In this document: positions 26,097 through 35,272 of the stretch, piece after piece
Numbering within the stretch: the first letter of the stretch is position 1
Layout: the number at the start of each line of letters is the position of its first letter
Source: a virus
Strand: one strand, 5' to 3'
DNA: 43,553 bases
Virus record (IMG/VR): IMGVR_UViG_3300045988_180307
Notes under the pieces: generated by a model
Database searches by the model: none
The model's input: only the letters and a program-made list of their open reading frames with translations
What the model was told of the DNA's origin: nothing
Position numbers and translations under genes: made by a program

Positions 26097-26846
26097 TTAT
26101 CTAGCGCCAAAACGGACAAACTGAATCTGCGGTGTCATATCCTTAACAGGCTGAATATTTCCCTGCAACTTCATCGGTTGCAAATCTGCTGAGGATTCAT
26201 GCGGTGTCGGTGTATTGTCCGTCACTTCATAGATTGTCGGTAATTTAGTAAAGCTGTCCACAATAACTAACCATCTATGCCAACAAGTATCAGAAGACAG
26301 TGAATCCATATGAAGAACCTCACCACTCAAGGAATACAAACACATATTCACTAAAGTCATCAAACAACAAGTATAAGAGATATCCGCTGCAACAAAATAA
26401 CGATTACGGTCTTTTCTCGCACAAGCCAAAATAAGCCCACCACTACCACAACAAGGGTCGTATATGCGTTTATCATTATCCGTCTTATCAGCTTTATCAA
26501 CAGTAGGAATATATTCCAATTGTGCCAGCAAATCCGCAACAGGTCGAGGAGTAAAAAATTGCCCGCTACCTGCATTTAAAAGATTTTGTTCAAACCAGCC
26601 ATAAAAGGGGTCCTGTAATTCTTTACGTGTCATTTCATCCACCAACGAAGCAAAAGCCAAAGAAAAATATTGTAATTCATCCCGACTATATTTCTTAATC
26701 GTCTTAAAATAAAGTTCTTCTGCTCTCCCCATCTGCAAACAACAGACTATAATCTGTAAAAAGTCCTCAAACACCTGTCCTTTATCGTATTTGTGCGCCA
26801 ACATATTCAAATACGTTCCATAAGGCTTCAAATCATTGTTTTTCAT
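26097..26846 (-). CDS. N6-adenine DNA methylase-like protein lacking the catalytic NPPF/Y motif
   Basis: GQFFTPRPVADLLAQL and RIYDPCCGSGGLILA (motif I) are HsdM/N6_Mtase-like. There is no (N/D)PP(F/Y) after GEVLHMDSLSSD. The likely start is MKNNDLKPYG at 26846. Confidence 0.6.
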   Translation of the reverse strand: MKNNDLKPYGTYLNMLAHKYDKGQVFEDFLQIIVCCLQMGRAEELYFKTIKKYSRDELQYFSLAFASLVDEMTRKELQDPFYGWFEQNLLNAGSGQFFTPRPVADLLAQLEYIPTVDKADKTDNDKRIYDPCCGSGGLILACARKDRNRYFVAADISYTCCLMTLVNMCLYSLSGEVLHMDSLSSDTCWHRWLVIVDSFTKLPTIYEVTDNTPTPHESSADLQPMKLQGNIQPVKDMTPQIQFVRFGAR

Positions 26847-27234
26847 AGACCTGCAAATTAGAGAACACAAAACAAATCGGGAAAAAGTTCAAAGGGTCAT
26901 TCTCTTCCGTATCCGCTTCATCAACTTTCGGCGTCCGTTGCTTGGGCTGTCCCCATAGACAAAGGGCGTGCTCACCTTTACGAATTTTCTTACCCTCACG
27001 ATTCCATTGCTTCAATGTTTTCAACTCACAATGACCCGACTGGGCATAAACAGTCTTTAACCCCTCGTTTATACATTCTATCTGCCCCATCTTCACCAAT
27101 ACTTTAATCGGTTCAGAGAGTTGTTTCAAAATACTACGTTTTTCCTGTATTGTTTTGGCATTTTCAAAATAATTTCCCATTTTTGCATAAGATTTTAATG
27201 AGTGAAACTTTTGTTTTACATCACCCTCCTGCAT
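26833..27234 (-). CDS. ArdC N-terminal-like (DUF1738-type ssDNA-binding) domain protein
   Basis: 133 aa. LKTLKQWNREGKKIRKGEHALCLWG resembles the ArdC-N motif (TfkQ...lGg.VrKGek...v). It has no metalloprotease C-terminal domain. Confidence 0.5.
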   Translation of the reverse strand: MQEGDVKQKFHSLKSYAKMGNYFENAKTIQEKRSILKQLSEPIKVLVKMGQIECINEGLKTVYAQSGHCELKTLKQWNREGKKIRKGEHALCLWGQPKQRTPKVDEADTEENDPLNFFPICFVFSNLQVYEKQ

Positions 27235-27261
27235 TGGTGCAACAATGCAGGAGGATTTTTT

Positions 27262-27762
27262 TTATAAAAGGTGTTCCAATTCTGTCCGCAAATTATTCTC
27301 AACCTCTTTTAATTTACTATTAAGGTCTTTCCCCCAATCCGCCAGAAGATTTTTAATTGCTGTCGGATTATGAGTAACAATGCTCATGCCCCTAGCATCA
27401 ACCAATGTCAGTTGCGCTGTTTCCTCTTCATGCTTCAAGACAAAAGCCTGTAACTGCTTGCGTTTGCTACGAATCTCAGAATATTTGTTCTGCAACATAT
27501 ACACCCTTTCGGCTTTATCAGTCAGTTCATCAATACTCATTTTTTTACTCTTAGGAGCAGCTTGCTGTGATTCTGTTTTTTCCGTCTTGACTTTAGCCTC
27601 CGTTTTAGTTTTTTTCTCCTTAGGTTGTTCGGGGAGCGTAGGCAAAAGAATAAGTGAAGCATTCTCAACTGCCGTTTCTTGTTTGTTAGCCACTTCTTTT
27701 GTGTTTCCCATCACTACTGCTTTTGCAGTTTCCACACTCTGTGCATTTTGATTTGCATTCAT
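27262..27762 (-). CDS. Hypothetical protein (low-complexity K/E/T-rich N-terminus, helical C-terminus)
   Basis: 166-aa ORF, the first gene of the AT-rich island. Confidence 0.55.
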   Translation of the reverse strand: MNANQNAQSVETAKAVVMGNTKEVANKQETAVENASLILLPTLPEQPKEKKTKTEAKVKTEKTESQQAAPKSKKMSIDELTDKAERVYMLQNKYSEIRSKRKQLQAFVLKHEEETAQLTLVDARGMSIVTHNPTAIKNLLADWGKDLNSKLKEVENNLRTELEHLL

Positions 27763-27850
27763 AATTAAAATTTTAATGAGTTAAACATTTGTTATTATTA
27801 GGAGTTAAACAGCATAAAGAGTGCAACCTTTATGCCTTATCCTTACAATA

Positions 27851-27858
27851 CAAAGATA
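27851..27858 (-). promoter_or_regulatory. Candidate Bacteroides -7 box TATCTTTG upstream of the accessory island
   Basis: CAAAGATA on the + strand equals TATCTTTG on the minus strand. It lies about 90 nt upstream of the ATG at 27762. The -33 element is not convincing. Confidence 0.3.
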
Positions 27859-28075
27859 GTGATTTTATAGTTAATACGCAACAGCAAAACATCGCACAAC
27901 AAACTATAAATCAATATATTATATATAAATATAGTTTATAAAAGCACAATAAAAAGCCATAAAGCCCAATCATTTTTTTTATGAGTTGAAAATCAAAAAA
28001 CATACAAACGTCTAACCCACACCTTTAAAATAATCCATTTTTCGCTTAAAGATTAAAAATAGTTAATAATCAACG

Positions 28076-28169
28076 GATTACCTATTTTTTTCAAGCATTT
28101 ACGACCATATTTTTTTCAGTTTTCCAGCGCTCAAAAAAATGATTGCCTATTTACCAAGCATTTACAGCC
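28076..28169. repeat. Two imperfect ~30-bp direct repeats, GATT(A/G)CCTATTT..CAAGCATTTAC..CC
   Basis: Copies at 28076-28106 and 28141-28169, in the 600-bp non-coding stretch just downstream of the terminase large subunit. Confidence 0.6.
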
Positions 28170-28362
28170 TTTTTCACCCGCACTTTGTGCGGAACTAGCG
28201 AAGCGTACCCCCCACCGCGCTATCGAAAAAATCATTACCCACCCCCAAAAAGCAGCGGAATATGTAACTTATTATTACCAAGCGGACGGTATGCCGCAAA
28301 CTAGGACAAAAAAACCGCACATCATATGATGCACGGTAATGAGATATACACTTCGGTAATCT

Positions 28363-29970
28363 CTACAACGCGGAAGTAACAAACAGGTTGATATGAGTAT
28401 GTGGAAATTTCTCACAACCGATACACAAGGTATCAAACGCATCGGAGCCATCGGTACGCCCTTCAAGCCGGTCCTCCTCCGTTTCCGCCAGCTTCTCACC
28501 CCGTTTGTCCTTGCCCCCATTGTACACACCTGCCGTCTGGATGGATATCAGCAGATCTTCATTATTCTGCTCGTTAAAGAAAGGTATAAGATTCGCCTGT
28601 CCGGACAACATACGGTTGACCAGCAGATATTTCTCAATGTGACTCATAGGCTTGCCTATATACACTTCATCCACCTGCCAGCCACGCTTGCGGAACTCAT
28701 GCGCAATAACCCACCTGAAATCCTGATCATTGACTGCATAATTGGAACCCAATGCCGTACTGTCATAGTAGAACACCACCTTCTTACGCTTGTGATGCCG
28801 GTAATAAGTACAAAAATCATCCACCAGTTCAGGCAACTTACGCTCGTACTTTACAAAGAAGGACTTGAGCACTCTCAGCTTGCGCCCCTGCGGCTGTCCT
28901 GCCACCAGCCAGTTGATATTCGCATTGTAATCGAAAGCTATGCAGATGGGCATTTGAGTCTCCACATCGGCATCAGCCAACGAAGTGGGAACCTTGAGCT
29001 TGTCAAACTTGTACTCCAAACTGTCAAGGTAGGAAAAGTTGGTAGCACTGTACTTGTGACCGGAACGCAACGAAGAATAGAATCCGTCACGGGTGATGCC
29101 TATGCGCTTGCACAGGATAGCCGTCATGAAGGTCAACGGAGGCAGGTCACGTTTCATGTCATTAACCCACTTCTCACCCAACACCTGCATGTTCCAGATA
29201 CTTGAATATTCCTTGTACATGACCGCCACGGAACGCATCCGGCACAGATCACGTGAAAGAGTACGGAGATAAGAACGCAGATAAGCAGGTATCTCCTTAC
29301 CTGCCGCAACCAGCTTCTTGATTTTATCTTTGGTCTTCCATATTTCAAAAACAGCGCCCTGTATCACCTCAATCAGTTCGGGATCACACTTCTTCTCATA
29401 ATCCAGGAACCAAGACCCTTTTTTAGTGACCGGCATATCAGAGGAGATCAACATGCCATGGTGAAAAAAGTGATGCCCGAAGTGCTGCTTGTTACCACGA
29501 TTGGCCGGAAGTGTCTCATCCTTCAGCTGTTCGAAGTCAATAAACTTGGCTTCGTCAATATCCAGTGCGTCATAAGAATGCGAGTTGGATGTACCGCTCC
29601 GGTCCTGAGAAATGATATAGCCGATTGATCCGTTATACAAGGATAGAATATTCTCCCAGTTATCGGGTTCAAAAATAGGCTCACCCCACCCCCATGACTT
29701 CGGCGGCTTGCGACCGACACACCAATGCAGGTCACGCTTAAATCCCCAGTTCTCCCAATGTATCAGCATGGAGGGCAACGTATTAGTCAAGACACGCTTG
29801 CAGTTGGCACCGACAAATCCTGTAATGGAACCGGGCATACGCTGCATGTTGCGCAAATTCCATGCCGCATGAATCAATCCTTTCCCGATACCACGACCAC
29901 CCACAATCACCGAATCTTTGGCCGCCGTGTACATCACTTCCTGCTGAGGGTCATTAAAGTATTGTTTCAT
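28363..29970 (-). CDS. terL: Terminase large subunit
   Basis: 535 aa. N-terminal P-loop-like VIVGGRGIGKG, Walker-B-like YDALDIDEAKF, and an acidic nuclease-half C-terminus. The size is typical. Confidence 0.8.
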   Translation of the reverse strand: MKQYFNDPQQEVMYTAAKDSVIVGGRGIGKGLIHAAWNLRNMQRMPGSITGFVGANCKRVLTNTLPSMLIHWENWGFKRDLHWCVGRKPPKSWGWGEPIFEPDNWENILSLYNGSIGYIISQDRSGTSNSHSYDALDIDEAKFIDFEQLKDETLPANRGNKQHFGHHFFHHGMLISSDMPVTKKGSWFLDYEKKCDPELIEVIQGAVFEIWKTKDKIKKLVAAGKEIPAYLRSYLRTLSRDLCRMRSVAVMYKEYSSIWNMQVLGEKWVNDMKRDLPPLTFMTAILCKRIGITRDGFYSSLRSGHKYSATNFSYLDSLEYKFDKLKVPTSLADADVETQMPICIAFDYNANINWLVAGQPQGRKLRVLKSFFVKYERKLPELVDDFCTYYRHHKRKKVVFYYDSTALGSNYAVNDQDFRWVIAHEFRKRGWQVDEVYIGKPMSHIEKYLLVNRMLSGQANLIPFFNEQNNEDLLISIQTAGVYNGGKDKRGEKLAETEEDRLEGRTDGSDAFDTLCIGCEKFPHTHINLFVTSAL

Positions 29971-30578
29971 TATTCTTTCGGTTTAGGATTAAAGATATCA
30001 TCTTCATTGAACTCAACCTCTTCAAAGTCCACATCCTCAATATCGTCAGACCAATATTGTTGAATCTTTGATTTAATTCTATCCCGGACATTAGGAATAG
30101 GCTTGATGCCAAGCACGGTCGGATCATCCGTCGGCTCGAAAGGCTGCACTATAATCTTATCATAACCTTTGTCCAAGATGTCTTCTTTATTCAACTGGGT
30201 GTATTTGCCATAATAATTGGCGGCAGCCCCCATGGCGCGCGCATCCTTGATACGCCGGGCCATTTCGAAAGTCTCATCAATCATCTGGCAGAACTTGTAG
30301 CGATGGTAATCCTTGGTTGTCTTGGCCAGATCACCCAACAGACGCTTGATAATGCGTACATCATCGTATGCGGAAGATTTGCTGATCTTGTAGCGATACT
30401 CCAGTTCCTGCACAATCTCCAAATCTTTTTTGCGCGGGAACTGTAACCAGTAATTATACATATCCCGGAGCCGGATCAACCGCTGTTGAATCAGTTCGGG
30501 AATGCCGTCAGCCGCCATCTCGTTGACATCGGCGAACAGATATTTCTCACATACTTCTATCGTAGCAGGTACAGGCAT
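29970..30578 (-). CDS. Putative terminase small subunit (by position)
   Basis: 202 aa. Its stop abuts the terL start. Helical N-terminal part and acidic C-terminal tail. No motif-level support. Confidence 0.4.
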   Translation of the reverse strand: MPVPATIEVCEKYLFADVNEMAADGIPELIQQRLIRLRDMYNYWLQFPRKKDLEIVQELEYRYKISKSSAYDDVRIIKRLLGDLAKTTKDYHRYKFCQMIDETFEMARRIKDARAMGAAANYYGKYTQLNKEDILDKGYDKIIVQPFEPTDDPTVLGIKPIPNVRDRIKSKIQQYWSDDIEDVDFEEVEFNEDDIFNPKPKE

Positions 30579-30583
30579 AGTTA

Positions 30584-30865
30584 TTACAGATCTTCATCAG
30601 CGTCCATATTCAACAGATAACCGTTTGTCAACGACACCGCCAACGGACTGCCCACATTCGCCAGTTCGATCTCCTGTCTACGCAGTTTCAGTGCAGTGGA
30701 TGCTTTGGCGTAATAATACGCCCTGGAAACAGGCGAATTACGGTCAAGGATATCCAGACGCAACGTGTCCGCATCCACATCAAGCAGCACTGCCATATCG
30801 GATATAGGGGTCAGCAGAGCCGCCAGCTCGCTGATCCGATCAAGTTGTTCCGTTGAATAGACCAT
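30584..30865 (-). CDS. Small hypothetical protein (HTH-like)
   Basis: 93-aa ORF in the packaging region. Confidence 0.5.
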   Translation of the reverse strand: MVYSTEQLDRISELAALLTPISDMAVLLDVDADTLRLDILDRNSPVSRAYYYAKASTALKLRRQEIELANVGSPLAVSLTNGYLLNMDADEDL

Positions 30866-31340
30866 CCAGTTGTATAGCGTTAGTATTAATAATATGAGCG
30901 TAACGCTCTCTCAGTTGTATAAAAACAGCGGGATCGGTTGTGATGATTCCGCTCTCGACACGATTGCCCCTTGTCTGATTCTGTGAGGTGCATATCGACA
31001 CCTGCCACCTTGCATTTTGAATGAGAATCACTTTTGAATGATTTTCAGACAAGTACACTTCATCGAACACATTGGCTATGAAAGTATAAAGATTGACCGT
31101 CTTACGGGATGCTTTCAAGTCCGCCAACATGGTAGCCCGGATAAGCTGACCGCGCCGCTTCAAGCGATAGATCCGGCGGAGAAACTCTTCGGAAGTGGAA
31201 AAGGTGGAGATGTAAATCTCCGCCGGACCAGTCTCGCTCAGAATCATCTCGATGATGTCGAATAGCTGCACACGGTTATCCAAATACGCTTGCAAGGGTG
31301 CTTCGGACAGTGACCGCAACAATTGCCTAACCTTTTTCAT
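30840..31340 (-). CDS. PLD-superfamily (HKD-like) domain protein, possible nuclease
   Basis: 166 aa. HSKVILIQN...VSICTSQNQTRGNRVESG resembles the HxK(x)4D...GSxN...E motif of Nuc-like PLD enzymes. Q replaces the D. Confidence 0.45.
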   Translation of the reverse strand: MKKVRQLLRSLSEAPLQAYLDNRVQLFDIIEMILSETGPAEIYISTFSTSEEFLRRIYRLKRRGQLIRATMLADLKASRKTVNLYTFIANVFDEVYLSENHSKVILIQNARWQVSICTSQNQTRGNRVESGIITTDPAVFIQLRERYAHIINTNAIQLDGLFNGTT

Positions 31341-32133
31341 CGGTTGAGATGGTCACTCCCACCGCCGCCAGTTCCGCTGCCTGTGTCTCATCCACCACAT
31401 TACCGGTAGCAATCAGGAAGTCATACCGCTGCTGTACCTTCTGCAACAAGGCAGTAAACTTGCCGGCATCTGTATCCTTCAACTCCGCCAGCTTCTTCTT
31501 GTTATCAGACAGATACTTGCGTGCCGCACCCACTTTTTTAGCGATTTCAGCCGGGTCCAGACCGGAAGCATCTTCCGTCTTCGTCACCGGATCACCAGGC
31601 TTATAATCATCGTATGCCTGCAGGTTGGCACGATACTTCTTGTCCGCTTCATCAAGCAGCTTCAGGTATTCGTAACGGTCACAAGCCGGCGCCGACTCCA
31701 TGCCCTTCAGCTGCTCAAACAACTCTTTGATCTTAAACCATAACGCCCCGTTATCCGTCCACAGACGTTGAATCTCAGGGGGAAGGCGGTCATGATCCAT
31801 ACGCCTGCCTTTGGCGACATTCGCCTCCGGGAACTCATCATCCACATCCAGTACCGGAACACCTCCGTCTATGATCCGTTGTGCGGAAGGTATGACCGTG
31901 ATATTCATCCGTGCGATATCAGATACGGTTTTTCCATCCAAACGGATTTTCAAGTGCTTGCGCAATTCGTACTCCACCTTATCGGCAAACTTTTCCGGCT
32001 TGCGGATTACATTCTGAAACAAAATCTTATTACGGTTCAAGGACAACAACAGAGTGGCACCCGCCACCACATCACGCTCAGAAGGCGGTGTATCCAGATA
32101 GTCCTGTATTTTATGAGTCAATTTCTCATCCAT
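31327..32133 (-). CDS. Hypothetical protein (helical, coiled-coil-like C-terminal half)
   Basis: 268-aa ORF in operon packing. Confidence 0.55.
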   Translation of the reverse strand: MDEKLTHKIQDYLDTPPSERDVVAGATLLLSLNRNKILFQNVIRKPEKFADKVEYELRKHLKIRLDGKTVSDIARMNITVIPSAQRIIDGGVPVLDVDDEFPEANVAKGRRMDHDRLPPEIQRLWTDNGALWFKIKELFEQLKGMESAPACDRYEYLKLLDEADKKYRANLQAYDDYKPGDPVTKTEDASGLDPAEIAKKVGAARKYLSDNKKKLAELKDTDAGKFTALLQKVQQRYDFLIATGNVVDETQAAELAAVGVTISTDEKG

Positions 32134-32203
32134 ATATTAAAATATTAAAAAAGTGGCGGCATAGACCAGCCACACCACCACTCCGATTTATAAACTTAAA
32201 GAA

Positions 32204-32818
32204 TCAAGGCTCATCCAAAGAAGAATCGCTCCATGCGGAACCGTCCGCACCGGAGATATCCCCATCCTCCGTTTCAATTTTACCCGGATAGAAGGGAGCC
32301 GGGCACACATCGGTCGCTTCTATCTCAAGCGTGGTACCGGCCTCTCCGGTTACTCCCTCGCCCAATGCCTGGGCGGGCTTGGTCACTGTCTCGAACTCCT
32401 CACACCCCATCACACGGAACTTGCCGTTGCGCTGCTGTACAAGATAGACCAGATCATCGGCCATCGCCTGACGGCAGAAACCCGCCGCATCTTCTTCAGT
32501 ACCCGGATGCTTGATCGTGCATTTGTTCAGACATGTGACACTCGGACGCTCTCCCTGCACCTCGGTAGTCACATTAGATTTGGCGGACAAGGAATTAAGC
32601 GTTAGCCACTTCTTATCCGACGCCATCGTAAAATTACCCTTGTAGGTGGCCAGTTCACCCATTTTTTTCGCCTCACCCAACTTGGGAAGCGTAGGCCAGG
32701 CCGCAATATTGGATTTCTTCTGAAAGAAAACCTTCGGACGGATGCCCGGAAGCACCGTCTGACCGTCACACCAGTTCAGTGACTGGTACATATCCGCTGT
32801 CGTACAATCTGTTGCCAT
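32204..32818 (-). CDS. Hypothetical virion protein immediately after the capsid gene
   Basis: 204-aa ORF. Position only. Confidence 0.55.
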   Translation of the reverse strand: MATDCTTADMYQSLNWCDGQTVLPGIRPKVFFQKKSNIAAWPTLPKLGEAKKMGELATYKGNFTMASDKKWLTLNSLSAKSNVTTEVQGERPSVTCLNKCTIKHPGTEEDAAGFCRQAMADDLVYLVQQRNGKFRVMGCEEFETVTKPAQALGEGVTGEAGTTLEIEATDVCPAPFYPGKIETEDGDISGADGSAWSDSSLDEP

Positions 32819-32832
32819 ATCACCTCCTTTTT

Positions 32833-33804
32833 TTAAATCGGGGTCGTACCATCAATGGATGCCACCAGCAGACGCTCCTTGGACAAACTCTCGAACTCCA
32901 CACCGAAAAACATCGTCGCGATGAACTGGAGCACAAATGCCTTGAAGCGTGCCACCTCCACGTTCTCCTCCTCACCGGTCTGATTAACACCCACCAGCAT
33001 GTTACGCTTGACCGTCATGTGGATGAACGGACTGTTCTTCTTATTCGCCAACGGCACAATATTCACATTGTCAAACCCTTCGACATAGTACTGCTTGTAT
33101 TCACGGTTGTACGGAATTGCTCCTGTAGTGCTCTTGTAGTCCTCACAATAGTCGAAAAGCACATGTTTCGGAACAAACAGCTTGACCGAAGACTCCTCGG
33201 TCAGCATATCGTCAGCCGCCATGCAGACCGCTTTGAGCGTATCGACGGCATTTTCTTTGGTAATCGCCTCAATGACCTTGTAGTTGCCTAACTCTTCAGA
33301 AAGTTTTTTGCCATCCAGCTCTTTTTTAGTAATGGTGTCAAAGCCATTGAACAGATCCTTGGAAGTCTCACCCGAATCATTACGGACCGCATTCCACAGT
33401 ACCATATTCAGGTTCTTGCCCAACTGGGCGGTCAGATACGCCAGCACCTTACGGGTGATCTCGGTATTCTTCAACGCCTCGCCCTTGGTAATGTCGGAAC
33501 CCCACATGGACTGATAAATCTTGTTCGGTGAGAAATTACGCACGACAGAACCGAAGTAGGTATACAGGGTGCGCGGATTGATCACCACCTCACTGTTATC
33601 CTCACGGGTTTCGGAGTACGGTCCGAACTGCATGTCACCCGACAGTTCACCCACAGTCTCGGCATAACGGATGCCTGGACGCAGAGTCATGTGCTGCAAA
33701 GAACGTGACAGCCCCAATACAGGCATCTGCAACAACTCCTTACGGTACTTGCGAGCACTCTTCTGAAGGTCCTCGCTGGTAATATTCACGCTAACTTGTG
33801 CCAT
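32833..33804 (-). CDS. Major capsid protein (by position)
   Basis: The likely start is MAQVSVNITSEDL at 33804, 2 nt after the protease stop. About 323 aa, directly downstream of the protease/scaffold gene. Confidence 0.65.
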   Translation of the reverse strand: MAQVSVNITSEDLQKSARKYRKELLQMPVLGLSRSLQHMTLRPGIRYAETVGELSGDMQFGPYSETREDNSEVVINPRTLYTYFGSVVRNFSPNKIYQSMWGSDITKGEALKNTEITRKVLAYLTAQLGKNLNMVLWNAVRNDSGETSKDLFNGFDTITKKELDGKKLSEELGNYKVIEAITKENAVDTLKAVCMAADDMLTEESSVKLFVPKHVLFDYCEDYKSTTGAIPYNREYKQYYVEGFDNVNIVPLANKKNSPFIHMTVKRNMLVGVNQTGEEENVEVARFKAFVLQFIATMFFGVEFESLSKERLLVASIDGTTPI

Positions 33805-33805
33805 A

Positions 33806-34807
33806 TCAAATATAGTCTTTAACTTCGTCATACATGGATGCAGCGGACACCGCATCATTTTTTTCGTCTTCTTTCACACTCGTGGTGGTAGTGTCACCAT
33901 CGGATTTTTGCAGGTTCTTGATCTGCTCGTCACGCTGTCTGACCAGATCCTTCTGTTCGCCGACCTCCGTCTCCAGCGCATCCAGCCGGTCATTGACAGC
34001 CTTAACCTGTTCCTCGGTGAGTATTACCTTGCCATCCGAGTCCTCCACCCCCTCCACATTCAGAAGGGTGTTGATTTTGGTGTAATCTTTTTTCATTTCG
34101 GAAACAATAGAAGGGGCGGACTGTTTTTCTTTGGATGAAAACAATCCGTCCAGTTTAGTTAATATTTTGTTTAGTAATTTATGACTATCAGCCGTATCCC
34201 GCTCACTCCCGGACGCAACCGGCAAAGGGGACAACCCCAGCATATTGACCTTGCCTTCGTAAGCGGCAAGATTGAGCTTATCCTCATCGCCCTCGATGAT
34301 CTCGTCCACAAAGCCATACTCCAACGCCTCTTGTGCGGTCAGCCATCTGCCCGCCTTCAGAACATCAAGAATATCATCTACCTTTTTGTTGCACTTGGCC
34401 GCATACATGTTCGCCAGTACCAGATCGAACTTGTCGTTCTGCAGCTTGTTCTCCTTCAGCTCATCGATGAGCTGTTGGATCTGGTCAGCGTTATACTGCC
34501 CCCAGGCATCCACCCAGTTACTCACCTTGTGCACCAGGAACAGACAATATCTGGAAATGCACACCTTTTTCGCACCCAGTGCGGCAATAGTAGCCGAACT
34601 TGCCACCAGCCCATACAGGTAGGCGGTCACGTCTCCATGATCAACAAACTGCTGACGGATATCCAACCCGTCATCAACCGCACCTCCCAAAGAGGAGATG
34701 CGGACATTGACAGGCTTGCCTTTCAAGCCTGCCAGCTGATTGCGGACATACTGTTTGGAGTAGCCCCAACGGCCAATGTAGTCATCTATGTTCAGGTTAT
34801 AGGTCAT
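33806..34807 (-). CDS. ClpP-like (S14) prohead protease fused to a scaffold-like C-terminal region
   Basis: 333 aa. ISSLGGAVDDGLDI, then GLVASSATIAALGAKK (Ser) and CLFLVHKVS (His), follow the ClpP pattern. The C-terminal half is coiled-coil and acidic. Confidence 0.8.
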   Translation of the reverse strand: MTYNLNIDDYIGRWGYSKQYVRNQLAGLKGKPVNVRISSLGGAVDDGLDIRQQFVDHGDVTAYLYGLVASSATIAALGAKKVCISRYCLFLVHKVSNWVDAWGQYNADQIQQLIDELKENKLQNDKFDLVLANMYAAKCNKKVDDILDVLKAGRWLTAQEALEYGFVDEIIEGDEDKLNLAAYEGKVNMLGLSPLPVASGSERDTADSHKLLNKILTKLDGLFSSKEKQSAPSIVSEMKKDYTKINTLLNVEGVEDSDGKVILTEEQVKAVNDRLDALETEVGEQKDLVRQRDEQIKNLQKSDGDTTTTSVKEDEKNDAVSAASMYDEVKDYI

Positions 34808-34858
34808 ATCACATTTTTGATTGCAATATTACACTATACCTTATATATATAAAAATAC

Positions 34859-35272
34859 CTAATCTATGATACGAAGCAAGGGCAGAATGCCTGTATAGGT
34901 GGCCACCATGGCACTTCCACACCTGGAAGAGAGGGTATCGGGTATAGTATCTGTGGAGGTAATGAGGGAATACGGGCGGTCACCTGAACCCAGCATAAAA
35001 TATTCTCCGGACACAGTCCGAAGCCGGAAGCACAGCTTCTTGTTGCCCACCTCGAACCGTTCAGGCAGGAAAACCGCCAGCTTAGATACGAAAACACGCT
35101 GTTTGTTCTCGATTTTGTCGCTAACTTCGACCGAAGCCAGTCCGACCATGGGTAACCGCGTAAAGTTTGCGGCCGGTGGAACCAAGGCAAATTGTTTTTT
35201 TACAACTGTCATGGCGGTCAGTTCTCGGACTTCACAGTACTCCACGCGGCTGATGTAGTGAATTTCGCTCAT
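34859..35272 (-). CDS. Hypothetical protein
   Basis: 137-aa ORF whose start overlaps the upstream stop. Confidence 0.5.
   Translation of the reverse strand: MSEIHYISRVEYCEVRELTAMTVVKKQFALVPPAANFTRLPMVGLASVEVSDKIENKQRVFVSKLAVFLPERFEVGNKKLCFRLRTVSGEYFMLGSGDRPYSLITSTDTIPDTLSSRCGSAMVATYTGILPLLRIID

Noticed and set aside
25928-26192. Track ORFs 25928-26119 (-) and 25971-26192 (+)
   Set aside because: Both run through the 31-bp palindrome and mirror each other (PPQGESG / HRRGRH type sequence). They are artefacts of the hairpin.
16213-34852. Long antisense ORFs within virion and packaging genes (16213-16854, 21397-22041, 28393-29205, 34181-34852 and similar)
   Set aside because: Each is fully contained opposite a longer ORF that has motif or operon support (structural protein, terL, ClpP-like protease). 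None has a recognisable motif.
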